Notes: generated from the sequence alone by a model not told the origin. DNA of 64,000 bases from Eledone cirrhosa (GCA_964016885.1 OZ024741.1:285944001-286008000); one strand, 5' to 3'. Shown: positions 25,229 through 38,995, counted from the stretch's first letter. Numbers and translations are program-made.

Positions 25229-27766
25229 ATGCTAACTAAAGACTACCTACCTATATCACTCAAGAACATCCCAACCCCATCCAGGACTACTTATGAGAAA
25301 TTACTGATAGCTAGTGTCAACTCCTTCGTTAAGCGTATTAGATGGCGCACTTTCCACTTCAATAAGAGAAATAAGAAATCAACCACGGTGTCCCCTAATA
25401 ACAAATTCGGTTTTAAAACCTATAGGAGCCCGCCCCATAACTCCATGCTAGATGGATTTGAGAATGACCTCCTATCACTAGTAAGGAATATTAAGTTTAA
25501 AAACCCCCATGGGAATAGCAACAAATTCCGGATGAAACTGGAAACCTTAGTTAAGGACTTTAATGATAAAAGAGATATCCTGGTCACCTCGGATAAAACC
25601 AGAAATATTTATAGCTTAAATTATGATACGTATCGTAGGTTTATATACAATGAATTAAATAGAAACTATAAAAAGACAACAAGCGCAAACTTAGATGAAA
25701 TTAATAAGGAAGCATGCGCCATAGTGGATAAACTAGGTCTGGAAAAGTATACCCAACCATATACCCCTAGGAAACCCAGGTTCACCCTTAAAGACCATAA
25801 GGCTGACTTCATTAGTAAACCCTCTGTTAGATTAATTAGCCCATCGAAGTCAGATATTGGAATTATCAGTAAGAAAATTTTAGACGGCGTTATACCCACC
25901 ATCAGTAGGAAAATATATCTAGAGCTATGGGAGAATACGAAAGAGGTTTTGAAATGGTTCTCAAGCCTTAGCAACCATAAATCCCTTAAATTTATACAAT
26001 TCGACATCGATGCGTACTACACCTCAATCTCCCCCATACTCCTTAATAAGGCCCTAATCATGGCCATGCAGAAAAGTGACCTCACTAGGTCTCAAATTGA
26101 TGTCATTCTTGCGGCCCGGAAAACGATAATCACATTTGAGGATGAATTGTGGACCCGCAAGAATACGCCCAATAACTTCGACATCACAATGGGATCTAGT
26201 GACTCTGCACAAGTAACGGACCTGGTAGGATTGTACCTCTTAAAGGAGTTACATGAGACATTACCGCACTTGAAGGGCGGCTTATACCGTGATGACGCCC
26301 TCCTCACTCTCGAGTATAAAAAGTGCAATATAGAAAGAACTAGGAAACAGTTACGTAGGTTCTTTAAAAACTTTAATCTAAGTATTACAATAGATGCAAA
26401 TGATAAAACAGTAAACTTCCTAGACGCCACCCTTGACCTAGAAAGTAAAACATTTGCACCCTACCATAAACCTAACGATAGACTAACATATGTAAACGCC
26501 AGCTCTAACCACCCCAAATCAGTCCTAAACACTATTCCCAAGGGGGTCTCTAATAGAATTAGCAGACTGTCCTGTAATGAGAGTATCTTCAACTCCAATG
26601 CAGGGTATTATGACAAGGCCCTAGCAGAATCTGGTTACGGGAGTAGATTATCATATATACATAAGGACTCCCAAACCATGAGTGTGAAACCTACCAACAT
26701 AATCACACATAGTATGGCCACAAAGCCTAACCAACTTAGAGGCAAGAATAATAGTAAGAACCCTAATGGCGGTAACTCAGCTAAATGTAAACCACGTAAA
26801 GACAATACTAGAGTCCCTCACCACAACTCTAAAACAGTAAATGATCACGCCATGAATATAAACCATCCGGGCTTAAGCAAAACAGACAACGCCACTAACG
26901 TTAATAACGGAGCCCTACAAAATAGTACCCACAGTAGCGAGACTCACCCCACAGATAAGAAAAATAGAAGAAGGAAAAACATGTATTTTAACCCACCTTT
27001 TAACTCTGAGGTCCTCACTAACCTCCCCAGAGTATTCTTCTCGTTATTGGAAAAAAACTTCCCACCAGGCAATAGATATCGCAACATAATTAACAAAAAC
27101 GTAATTAAATTATCCTATTCGACCACACCTAACCTCGCATCACACCTAGCACGCACGAACATTAGGAAAACTAGGGAAGGTTTCGAAGCAATTAAAATGG
27201 CAGTTAACCACCAGCAACCGACTACACTGGAAAATGGGCAACATAATAGCATCAATGAGCCATCTAATGATATAGAGGCACCTAGTGATAATGCTAGTAA
27301 CCAAACTTCGGGAGGTACGCTAACTAATCGAACCCGCAGTTGCAATTGTAGGCGGAGTAGTAATTGTCCCCTAAGGGGGGATTGCCTCATGAAAAACATC
27401 GTATATGCATGTGACGTAACCACACACAACTCTACCAAAACATATATAGGAGCAACGTCCAATACATTTAAAACTAGATTTAACGCGCATATGTGCACAT
27501 TTAGACACGATAGACATAAGAATGCCACCTCACTGGCGGTATACATTTCCTTTTTAAAAAATAATAGTACCCCATACAAACTTTTTTGGAGGAAGCTCAC
27601 TAGATCCACGCCATACTGACCGCAGAGCGGAAGTTGTGACCTGTGTTTACTGGAATGCCATGCTATAATACACTCTAAACTGAACCTGCTTAACAGGAAA
27701 TCGGATATTTTCTCCTCTTGCCAACACAAAATCCTGAGTTCCTTCTATTTTAAACCTAGCACATAG
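25229..27766 (+). CDS. PLE reverse transcriptase / GIY-YIG endonuclease, interrupted by one in-frame TGA at 27617-27619
   Basis: RT motifs SDK, QFDIDAYY, TMGS, LYRDDAL, FLD, YHKP, SSNHP. FNPPF linker, CNCxxxxxCPLxGxC, IVY...YIG, FKTRFNAH. The frame continues after the TGA as PQSGSCDLCLLE...LLNRKSDIFSSCQHK...PST*. Confidence 0.9.
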
Positions 27767-28509
27767 ACGTAACATATATCACGCAACCCCCACCTAGACT
27801 ATAGCTCTCCCCCTTACCCCCAACCCGTAACCCAGATAGATAGGTACCCTAAGGGTGGTACAGTCCCCTGCAAGGTTGGTGTTTTTGCGTGTGTGTGTGT
27901 ATGTGTGTATGTGTGTGTGTGTGTGTATTTTCCTTTTCTCTCTCACACACACACACAGACATATGTATGTGTGTGTGCGGGCGTGTGTGCATGCATGCAT
28001 GTGTGCGTGCATTGTATGCATGTATATTTTATATATATATATATATATGTATATTGTATGCATGCGTATTATATTGTGTGTATGTGTATATGTGACATGT
28101 ATGTGAATATATGTATGTATGCGTAGGTGTGTGTATGTGTATGTGTGAGTGTATGATGTGTGTATATATGTGTATATGTATGTATACTTTTCTGTAGAAA
28201 TCCTCTCTATATCTGGTGTGTGGCACGAATTCCTCCTATAATACTCTTCTTTGAGAGGAGCACGATATGCAGAGTAACACATATGTATTGTCGAAGCTGA
28301 AACTGAGAACCACCACCCCTCCTGCTGACCCAAATGTTTACTGAGGACCAGAACACCAATCTCCGCAATATAAGAGAGAAATGCGCTTGCCGGACAATTG
28401 ATGACCATAACATCACATTCCAAGGTAATGGCAAAACACAGTGAATGCTATGCACGACCAGAACACCACAACATGCACATCTGAGCAACACAGATATAAT
28501 ATCAATAGG

Positions 28510-28835
28510 CGAATCAACTGAATTTTTTTAGTTGAAATACATATGGATATGTGTCTGTGTGTATCGGACACACGTACACATAAAGAAGCTGCTGACCTAA
28601 ATGTACCTGTCATGCCTGTCTGAATTCCTAAGGGAATTTTCGTCCAGTTACTGTCTTGACCGATTGTAGTACCAGTGGGTGAATCAATTGAGTTTTTTCA
28701 GTTGAAATACATATAAATGTGTTCCTGTGTGTGTCGGACACACGTACACATAAAGAAGCTGCTGACCTAAATGTGCCTGTCATGCCTCTCTGAATTCCTA
28801 AGAGAATTTTCAGTCAGTTGCTGACTTGACCGATT
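28510..28835. repeat. ~170-bp tandem duplication in the PLE 3' region
   Basis: 28510-28665 matches 28680-28835 (tcggacacacgtacacataaagaagctgctgacctaaatg). Confidence 0.85.
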
Positions 28836-29364
28836 AACCCCACAATTACTACGTAGCGGTTCTTGCACGTGACTGCTGGACCCGGATGAAACGAAGACGA
28901 AGAATTTCCTTGCGTACGGTTTTGTACCACAGATGCGATCTCACCCTGCCTCGTTAATGTTCTATCGACACCAAAGTTCAACTTCGGGCTAATAGAATTG
29001 AATCCAACCACCAACAACATAGCTGGATGACCGATAATCACACCAAACCGGAGTTTGATCCTTGTGATTTCGAGATATACAATCACGGACACTGTTACGA
29101 AGACCAGAAAACCATACTCCATAATATTGAACCAAGTGATTGATTTGTGCGACCAAAATAACACCACACACATATTGAACTAGGAATATTGGATCCTCCG
29201 TCAATGTCCGGGTGAGCAAAAATAGATTTCTATCTGCATTGGAATTTACGAACTTGTGCATCTGCTGTGGTGTCAAAAACAAACGCGCATGACCGCACAG
29301 ATAAACAACGGACTATGCCACCTGTAAGTGAATTGAACGTTCTGTAACTCTGATACACAGATTA

Positions 29365-30103
29365 TTTATTATTAAGATGTAGAAACTTGACATAACTATT
29401 ATCATCTTATATTCTCTCAACTAATCACATTTGATCATATTTCTCTATCCCGTTTTCTCCCCCCATAATTATAATATATTTATTTTTATTTGAAAAAATC
29501 GTTTTTTTTACATTGTGTTTTCCCCTCCAAATATTCGCTTATATTTCTATATATTTTTTTACATATATATTTTTTTATCTTTATTATTTCCACTTTTATC
29601 CTCCTTTATATTTTACCTTATTCTTACTTTTATACCTTATTATAGTGTAATCTTCCCCATGCCTTATTATACACTATTAATTATAGATTATTATTATTAC
29701 TCTTTTTCCATTTCTAATTACCTCATGTACTTTCTCCTCCGTTATATATATATATATTGTATGCCCTTTGTGTTTGTGTAGCCTCTGCACACCCTCTGCA
29801 CCATACTATCGACGCCACCCCATCTATGGTTCAGCTAACCACTCGACTCCCGGGAATGAATATGACCGCAGCTAGTAAACAAGGACCAACACCCCACCCT
29901 CCCTCACCAAAATTAGACTTATCGTCCCCTACTTTTGCTCTTTACTCTCTTTACTCTTTGTTCTTGAATGTTTGGTTGGTAGAGTCCATAACACCAATCA
30001 AACCCCTTTTATAGCTCTGACGAATCCTACGGTTACGTAAGGAAGAAACATTGTAAGCCAATAAAAATCTTTTAATGTTGTAGACGCTCTTGTGTTCTTT
30101 ATC

Positions 30104-30108
<5 letters not shown>
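29365..30108 (+). repeat. 3' pseudo-LTR of the PLE, with hammerhead at 30008-30065
   Basis: Direct repeat of 24298-25055. CTGACGA at 30017, GAAAC att GTA at 30045-30055. Confidence 0.9.
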
Positions 30109-30637
<529 letters not shown>

Positions 30638-30639
30638 CA

Positions 30640-30830
30640 GCGTGGCTGATTGGATTCACAATCGTGAGGTTGTGATTTCGATTCCCGGACCGGGTGATGC
30701 GTTATGTCCTTGAGCAAGACACTTTATTTCACGTTGCTCCTTCTACTCGGAGTTGCGACCGATAGATAGTATTAGCAATTGGAAAGACCCATGGAAACAT
30801 TGTTTCCTCGGTCCGATTTAACGAAAGTCG
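30640..30830 (+). mobile_element. SINE family B-related copy
   Basis: ttcgattcccggaccgggtgatgcgttatgtccttgagcaagacactttatttcacgttgctcc. Confidence 0.75.
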
Positions 30831-30839
30831 ATCGACTGA

Positions 30840-30879
<40 letters not shown>

Positions 30880-32629
30880 AAAGAGAGAGAGAGGAGGGAT
30901 AGAGAGAGGAGCGGAAAGTAACTGTTATGTATAAATGTGTAGGTGGGTGTGGATAAGAGAGTGTGTGTGTGTGTGTATACATTCAATTATGTGTACTTTT
31001 GTGTGTTTGTGTTTGCACGCGGTCGCATGCATGCGTATGCGTACATTAATATAGAAGAATGTATTTCTGTATACGATTCTGCATCTACAATGCATGTAAA
31101 TAACATATATTAGTGGAGAAAGTTGATGGTTGAGAAAGAAGAAAATAGAGACGAAATGGCTCAGAAGCAACTAGAAATACAATATATTGTGAAATAAAGA
31201 TGCAGATATAGCAAAAAAAAAGAATGTATATTGCGAAAGAATATCTTAAAATTAGAAGAAAGAATGTGAAATTTTAATATAAATAGTTATATGGCTTTAG
31301 AAATAGTTTTAAATGATAGAGATGACGCAAGATGCGAGAGGAAAAATTGATACAAATAAGATAAGATGTACTGAGAAAAATATAAAATTGTGTGGCGAAG
31401 TAAGAGGAGATATAAAAGTGTATGAGGAAGGAGTGGAAATGTAGGAGGAGCAAGAGAGGGGACGAGGAATGAGGAAGGGGGAACGGTAGGGAGGAGGAGG
31501 AGGAGGAGGAGGAGTAGGTACCATTTCGTTTCGAATATCATGTGTTGTAAAGTGTTTATAGACGTGTTTCTTTTACAATATATCGGCTTGTGCCAGGAAA
31601 CGTTGATAGTTGGATAAACTGATTTTCTAATTATATTAGCAACATTTGTAGCCAGACCTATTTTCCGTTATACTAGTAGTTAGATATTTTGTTTTACACT
31701 AAATTGTTTATACATAAACAGACAGAAGGGGAAATGAAGTAGTATATCGTTTTTATTCTATCGGTGGAATGATATGTTAAGTAACGATAAGATTGCGGAT
31801 GAAAAAGAAGGGGCAATCTGATCTTGTATATAGAATGGTTTCTCATACAATAAGGCCGCAAAACATTTGTCAACGCATTACCCGGTTCATAATCGCAGAT
31901 ATCGATAAAAACTTTAACCTTTGACTCTTCGTTATATTTATGATAAGGTTCAGGCTCCGTGATGTATGCTGAGGCGGTCAAGAATGAGGCGTTTGTGGCT
32001 GGTCCCAAAGGACATGCAAGCTGGAATGACACCTGAATATCTCAGAGCCACACTGAAACGGTGCCCTTTTGAGGTTGCGGAAGAAAAGGACATGGTAGTG
32101 TTTTGTGAGGCAGAAGGACTAGCTACTACATGTTTGGTAGTAGGGAACAGCTGAAAGCTTTCTGCTAAAAAGATCTCAATGACATGTGAAATGTAAGGGC
32201 GAATCAATAATTTGAACCTCCTACTTCAACATTTATACTGGAAAAAATTCTATCAAACGGCAGCCACTCTTGGTGACCGATGAATACATCCAAACATTTA
32301 GCCAAGAAAATGTTAAATTTTTGCTTATTACAAGAAGGGTGATGTATTTCAGCTACTTTACATTAATATGCTGCATATGTCCTATAGGCTTAAATGTTCG
32401 CCATTCAGTTAAAGAAATCTTATGGGACAGTATACCCAATATTCAGATTTGAGGAAATGGTTAAATCAAAGGATGGACTGCAGCATGCAGTGGCACGTTT
32501 TTCCAGTAGCAACCTACGTATGTTGCTGAAATTGTAAGACACGTCACCACCGGCCTTACTTTTATTTATTGTATGAATTCTTTATAGATTATGAAGATAA
32601 TTGGCATATAGGTCACATTTTACCATACA

Positions 32630-33915
32630 AGTAGCTAATTGGAAGAGTCGTAAGCGAATCAGGCAAATGTTAGCAGTACTTGTTGAGGTTCTTTACGTCT
32701 TGAGTTCAAATTCCACTGAGGCCAACGTTTCCTTTCAGCAATCCAGGTTTGATAATATAAAGTGCAATTTACATACTGGAGTCAAAGAAATTGACATATT
32801 CCCCTCAACAATGCTGACTTTGTGACAATCTAAAATATATATTTATGTATGTCTGTATTTTTAGACACATTTTAAAAGAATACTTTTTGTATAATTTCCC
32901 TGACGCCGTCTCGTTTTTATATAATTTCTCTCAGGCCAGCACCATATGAATGTAGTGTAACCCCATGTATATCATATTACTGTATCTGGAACCTCTTCGG
33001 TGAAATAAAAGCGATTATTATCATTGCTATCTTTCTTTTTATTAAGGCAGAGTTGGTGGAGCATCTGATGACATGCTTTGTGGCATTTAGTTCCGGCTTT
33101 TTTCATTTTTAGTTCAAATCCCGCGCAACTCAACCTTGCATTTCATCCTTCAGGGGACGATGATATAAAGTACCAGTAAAATAATGGAGTCGGTGTCACG
33201 ATGTCACTCTCATCATTTTAACTGTTGCCAATCACTTAAATTGTAACATACTTTTTACAAAGACAATTTCCAACTTTATCAATGTCATCTATTGTGTTTT
33301 TTGTCAGAAATTCACTCTTCCGTGCAATTTGTATCAATGTATGTTTGTTTATAGTACCTATATATTGATCGTTTGTATGATGTCAGAACAAATCTGATGG
33401 ACTTAAAACAGCTTGTAAGTACATTGATAATCATTTCTTTATCGCTGGAAAATCTTGCAGTTCCGTTGTTTTTCATACTGGCGTTTAAACAAATATCCAT
33501 TTGTGGTTATCGTTGTATTCATCCGAGTAAATAATTCCTCTAATAAAATATAAAAATGTATTTTGAGGGATCTATTTATAGTTTCAAGTTAGGGCTGTGA
33601 TACAAGCATTTCGTTTACAGCATTTGTTCCGGCACCCTCATAATCTCCGTTCAAATTCTGCAGAGGTCACCTTTGCCTTCCTTCTGGGGTCGATAATATA
33701 AGATACTAGTCAAGTATTGGGGTCGATAATATAAGATACTAGTCAAGTATTGGGGTCGATAATATAAGATACTAGTCAAGTATTGGGGTCGATAATATAA
33801 GATACTAGTCAAGTATTGGGGTCGATAATATAAGATACTAGTCAAGTATTGGGGTCGGTTTAAATGACTCTCTACTGCCCGCAAAAATTGCTGGTCATGT
33901 ATCAAAATAGAATCC
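32630..33915 (+). mobile_element. Three diverged SINE family A copies (about 32630-32830, 33045-33190, 33600-33915)
   Basis: B-box gttcaaat and body motifs. The last copy contains five 33-bp tandem units at 33685-33857. Confidence 0.65.
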
Positions 33916-33916
33916 A

Positions 33917-33917
33917 T

Positions 33918-33949
<32 letters not shown>

Positions 33950-33959
33950 TTACTGCTAC

Positions 33960-34001
<42 letters not shown>

Positions 34002-34016
34002 AACTACTACCACCAA

Positions 34017-34076
<60 letters not shown>

Positions 34077-34079
34077 CAA

Positions 34080-34116
<37 letters not shown>
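33917..34116. repeat. (CTA)n microsatellite
   Basis: Direct reading. Confidence 0.95.
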
Positions 34117-34117
<1 letters not shown>

Positions 34118-34327
34118 ATTGTTGTTGTAGGTAGATACCGCTACTGCGTATAGGTATCTCTGTCGGTGTGTGTGTATGTATATGTGCATATGCATGTGCC
34201 TTTGTGTGTGTTTATATGTGTATGTGGGTGTTTATGTCAATACGCATGTTTGTGTAGAGGTGCATTCCATTATTTCCCTTTTTCCTCGGTCACATCCACC
34301 CCTTCCCATTCCTTTTCTCTCTTTTAT

Positions 34328-34821
34328 ATTCTTGATATGAGGGAGAAAAATAATGAGGGAGAAAAATAACGATGTTCTCTCACAGAATTCATTCCCTCAT
34401 TCTGTGAGAGAACATCGTTATTTTTCGAGATAGATCGATTATCACTGATCTCATCAGGTTAAAATGTATTGTCTTCAAATTCTTGATATGAGGGAGAAAA
34501 ATAACGATGTTCTCTCACAGAAGAGGGAATGAATTCTGTGAGAGAACATCGTTATTGTTCTCCCTCATATCAAGAATTTGAAGACAATACATTTTCAGTG
34601 ATGAGATCAGTGATAATCGATCTATCTCTTATTGAAACATGTGTCGTGATTAAATGATTGGAATTTTACCTTGCCTTCGGATTTTCATTTTGATACTTAT
34701 ACTCCGTTTTACATCACCTAGCTGTTCCCTTGAATGGAATTGGAGATATACAAAGGCGTGGAGAACTTAATATTGCTAACATAAATATATTGGACCATTT
34801 TACACAACCAATAATGCACCT

Positions 34822-34825
<4 letters not shown>
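34328..34825 (+). mobile_element. Multiply folded-back hammerhead element
   Basis: Nested inverted repeats at 34360-34425 and 34426-34628. Hammerhead 34598-34649 (GTGATGA...GAAAC atgt GTC gtga). The inverted copy retains CTGATGA (34451-34457). Confidence 0.65.
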
Positions 34826-34867
<42 letters not shown>

Positions 34868-34917
34868 TTAACTCAAATATGTAAAATTTGGCTTCGTTTA
34901 TTACAAATTATAGATAT

Positions 34918-34972
34918 ACTGCTATATATATTTCGGTGACAGCCGTCATTTGCTGTGACCTCTTCAGGCAGT
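34918..34972 (-). ncRNA. Type I hammerhead ribozyme, canonical core, in a ~215-bp element (34862-35078)
   Basis: Minus strand: actgc CTGAAGA ggt c acagc aaatgacg gctgt c acc GAAA tatat ATA gcagt, then AATAAA. Same stems I and III as 21134, different stem II. Confidence 0.88.
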
Positions 34973-35512
34973 CCGAATTAGTGTGGGAAAGACAGGTAGA
35001 CATGTTGTTGAAGTGTGTTTTACTCCGTCAATCCATCGATATGTCCAGCTCCTGGTAGTGTTGTTATTCCTCTGAGGAATATGTGTGTTTGTGTGTGTGT
35101 GTGTGTATGTATGTATAGGTGTATATGTATACATATATACATATATATACATATGTGTATCTTTGTCGAAAATAATAGAATGGAAGATATTAATCATAAA
35201 TTTTCAACAATGAAAAACTGAGTGAAATCATCTCTGTAGCTCATGCAGATATATTTGCCAATGTGTTTCAATTCATCACTCTTTGTCTCTGACTCTGTCT
35301 CACTCTTTCTATCTTTCTTCTCTCTCACTCTCTTTATCTCTCTACTTTTCCACCACTTGTTTATCTTCATGTTTATTTTTAATTTTATTATGTTTTTCTA
35401 TTTATTTTCATTTGTAACCCTTCCACCGTTTCCTGTCACCCCCTTTTTTTATAAATGTCTCTCACCCACTCCCCTACACACCCTTGGAACTCTCTTCCCA
35501 CACACTTTTCGC

Positions 35513-35543
35513 CTGAAGAAGGGATTATGCCCGAAACATCGTT
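35513..35543 (+). ncRNA. Hammerhead core with lost stem I
   Basis: CTGAAGA a ggg attatg ccc GAAAC atc GTT, AATAAA at 35579, tail into a TA tract. Confidence 0.5.
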
Positions 35544-35627
35544 CCCCACCACCACCCAACTCTCAAGAGCGTGAAACTAATAAACCTTTGTTCGTACTGC
35601 CTCTCTGTTTTGTTCCCATTCCATTTT

Positions 35628-35666
<39 letters not shown>

Positions 35667-35695
35667 TTATGTAATAAACAACACAAGATAATTAT

Positions 35696-35756
35696 TTTAT
35701 TTACCAGTGGTTTCTTGAAAGCAGATGTTAGATCTGTTTTCAGTCGTCAGAATGAA
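35696..35756 (-). ncRNA. Type I hammerhead ribozyme
   Basis: Minus strand: att CTGACGA ctgaaaacagat ctaac atctgctttcaa GAAA ccactg GTA aat. Confidence 0.8.
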
Positions 35757-35810
35757 TAAAAAACATGGTGTTTTCATTAAATATGGATTTAAAAACAAAA
35801 ATTTGTTACA

Positions 35811-36354
35811 TACATACTACTGTACGTCAGTATACATATATGTATGTACGTATACATACTTATATTTAAGTAACATCCGTACTAAGAGTGAGAAATGAAA
35901 TTTCGTTTCATTTTTTCCATTTATCGTTTTCGGTGCGCCCGGTCGATTACCTCACTCGATATGCAAATCAGGCTGCTCAGCCGTTAATATACATAAGGAA
36001 AGTATATACTTTCAGACGTTCAATCATCTGGCAGGAAGGTATATGGTGCTGACGATAGCTAATAAGCTTGAAATTAGTACATCACATCTTTCCTTTGTCA
36101 GTGTTGAACAAAAGGCAACGATGGTTGCTAAACACTGTACGGCTTAATTCAGGATGTTTGTTTTATTACAAACAAACCGAGCATTATAATAAATGTTCAG
36201 TAAATCCCATACGTACATATATATATGTGTGCATGTATGTATAAATATACATACTACTGTACGTCTGTATACATATATGTATGTACGTATAATACTTATA
36301 TTTAAGTAATAGCCGTACTAAGAGTGAGAAATGAAATTTCGTTTCATTTTCTCC

Positions 36355-36360
<6 letters not shown>
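35811..36360 (+). mobile_element. ~437-bp unit with ~113-bp terminal direct repeats and central hammerhead (36044-36084)
   Basis: 35811-35924 matches 36248-36360. tggtg CTGACGA t agct aata agct t GAAA tta GTA catca. Octamer at 35961, TATATA at 36003. Confidence 0.75.
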
Positions 36361-36411
<51 letters not shown>

Positions 36412-36416
<5 letters not shown>

Positions 36417-36712
36417 AATGAGCTATATGGTTTGTTGATTATTCAACAAAGTTAACTTTGTAACAGATTAGAAGCACTCTACAGTTTTTTTATCTGGAGT
36501 ATCAATAATATTAATAAATGGAAAATATCTTTATAAAACCATATTTATTTTATTATATGTATTTCAAGAGTACTAATATTTACGGTTTCTTTAGATAAAA
36601 TATAATAATTGGTGTTAAAATAGTGACATATCTTCATGTGAACTGAATGGTATAAGTCCAGAGAAGATAGTAGATAGAAAGGTTCAAAACTCAATGCTAA
36701 ATACGTTAAACT
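36412..36712 (-). mobile_element. (TA)n-embedded element with decayed hammerhead (36549-36599)
   Basis: Minus strand: tttat CTAAAGA ... GAAA tacat ATA ataaa. Homologous to 46200-46330. Confidence 0.55.
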
Positions 36713-36741
36713 ATGTATGTATATATATATATATATATATA

Positions 36742-36799
<58 letters not shown>

Positions 36800-36829
36800 T
36801 ATATATATATATATACATACATACATACT

Positions 36830-36893
<64 letters not shown>

Positions 36894-36903
36894 CATACAT
36901 ACT

Positions 36904-36949
<46 letters not shown>

Positions 36950-36974
36950 CATACGTACATACATACATACATAC

Positions 36975-38776
36975 TGAAACTCGATCTGAAACTCTATGCC
37001 AAGAACATGGATGGGATGAAGAAAAATCTTGACCTGGTTACAACGTTCTCAAAGGATATAGGAATGGAGTTGGCCAAGATAAATGCTTATATATGACTGT
37101 AAAGCGGGGAAAACAACAACCCTATCTAGTAACATTGTCATCAATGGTCTAACTGTTTCACCGATATCTGATGAGGACTGCTACAGATACCTGGGGATAG
37201 ATGAGAACATATCCTATAATGGTATGTGCAATAAAGAACGCGTAACCAGGGAATACTACACCCGATTAAGAAAGATCTGGTCATCGGATCTCTCTGCGCA
37301 AAACAAAACAGTGACTCACAATGTGTTTGCTGTGCCTGTCCTAACACCAACGTTTGGAATACTCAGTTGGACGATAGACGAAATCCGAGCAGTATATGTT
37401 GGAACTCGAAAAATACTGAACAACACCGGAAACTTCCACATCAACAGTGACATAGACCGCCTTTACTTGAAACGTAAGCAGGGAGGCAGAGGCCTAAAAT
37501 CAGTCCAGACAACATTTGAATGTCGCATCATATCTCTCCGACAACATCTACGAATCTCGAAGCGTAGGAGCCCGCTTCTCGGGCAAGTCTATCTGCATGA
37601 AACAGATAAGATCATGAGAGTTGGGAAGGAACTCCTTGAGAGATATTCCCTGTGTGATAATCAAAAACTCACACCCAGGGATGTCGCTCAGCAGTATCGC
37701 AGTGAATCCATGGATGAAAAACTTCATGCCTATCAGCAAAAAATCATGCATGGATATGTTGCCAGGAAGCTCCAGAGTGAGAGTAATATAGATAAGGAAA
37801 GTAGTCTATCTTGGACCAACAACCGCTATATTGGCTCCCACTTTGAAGGATACGCTTTTGCAATCCAAGAACAGGAGTTTAGCACGAAATACCTGATTCA
37901 CAAAAGAGATAGGGATGCAGGCAAACCACCTAGATGTGATAACAAGTGCAGACTCTGCAGAACTAACATCGAGGATATCACCCGTGTCATTAGCAGCTGC
38001 CCAAAGATGTCATCGCGGTACTATCTACCTATAAGGCATGATGTAGTGGCCAAAACACTGTACAATGCAGTTCGTAAAAAAGATAGCCCCGATAATAAAC
38101 ACATTAAAAGCTACAACAATGTGGAAGACATCCATGTACATAATATGAAAGAGTACTGGTGGAATGTTCCAGTAAAAACCCCAATAAAGTGCAGGCATAA
38201 CAGACCAGATATTATGATATGGGACAGGGAGAAGAAAACATGCACAGTAGTGGAAATTAGCTGCCCAGCAGATGCCAATATAATATCAAAGATTAGTGAA
38301 AAGGAGAATATTTATGCAGAACTGATGAGAAATCTGCAGATACTCCACCCTGATTACACCTTCAGATGTATGCCTGTGATTATTGGGGCACTGGGATATG
38401 TTAGTAACTGTCTCAATACAAATCTTGAGAAGCGGGGCTTCACAGGAACAGAAAGAACACAACTATTTAGGAAATTACAAGTACAATCCATTAATGGAAC
38501 AGTAAAAATATGTAAAACATTCCAAAAATTTTGAATCTAATAACTGCATATACACACGTACAGATACAAAGCATATACACATGCACACATACAACTCAAA
38601 ACATCCACATCCACACATACAATAACATCCATATCTACACATGCATGCATGCAGACATACATACATATCTACCTAGTTGATGTTGTGTAAATTCCAATGA
38701 GAGAGTCTTTTGTCTATGTTAGAAACTGACTCTCTCTCTATTGGTAAAACTTTGTGAAATTATAAAACCAGATGAA
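36975..38776 (+). mobile_element. 5'-truncated RLE-type non-LTR retrotransposon (R4/Dong-like) inserted in (CATA)n
   Basis: Starts in the RT (DLKLYAKN...FSKDIGME), has frameshifts near 37070, and has a 3' UTR hairpin at 38691-38744. CATA repeats on both sides. Confidence 0.85.
37083..38534 (+). pseudogene. RT C-terminus, zinc knuckle and restriction-like endonuclease
   Basis: YRYLG, DRLYLKRKQGGRGL, CRLC..IEDITRVISSC (H of CCHC replaced by R), RHD, RPDIMIWD..VEISCP, K..Y, PVIIGALG. Confidence 0.88.
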
Positions 38777-38797
38777 CATACATACATACACACATAG

Positions 38798-38828
<31 letters not shown>

Positions 38829-38866
38829 CATACATACATACATACATACATACATACATACATACA

Positions 38867-38900
<34 letters not shown>

Positions 38901-38939
38901 CAATTGTTCTCGGTATGGTGAACTAATAGTTGCGTTACT

Positions 38940-38995
<56 letters not shown>

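Noticed and set aside
25666-27729. Antisense ORFs within the PLE ORF
   Set aside because: Shadows of the sense reading frame.
31860-32560. GC-richer stretch with short overlapping ORFs
   Set aside because: No recognisable protein family.
33685-33857. CRISPR-like regular repeat
   Set aside because: Units are contiguous with no spacers, there are no cas genes, and the context is eukaryotic.
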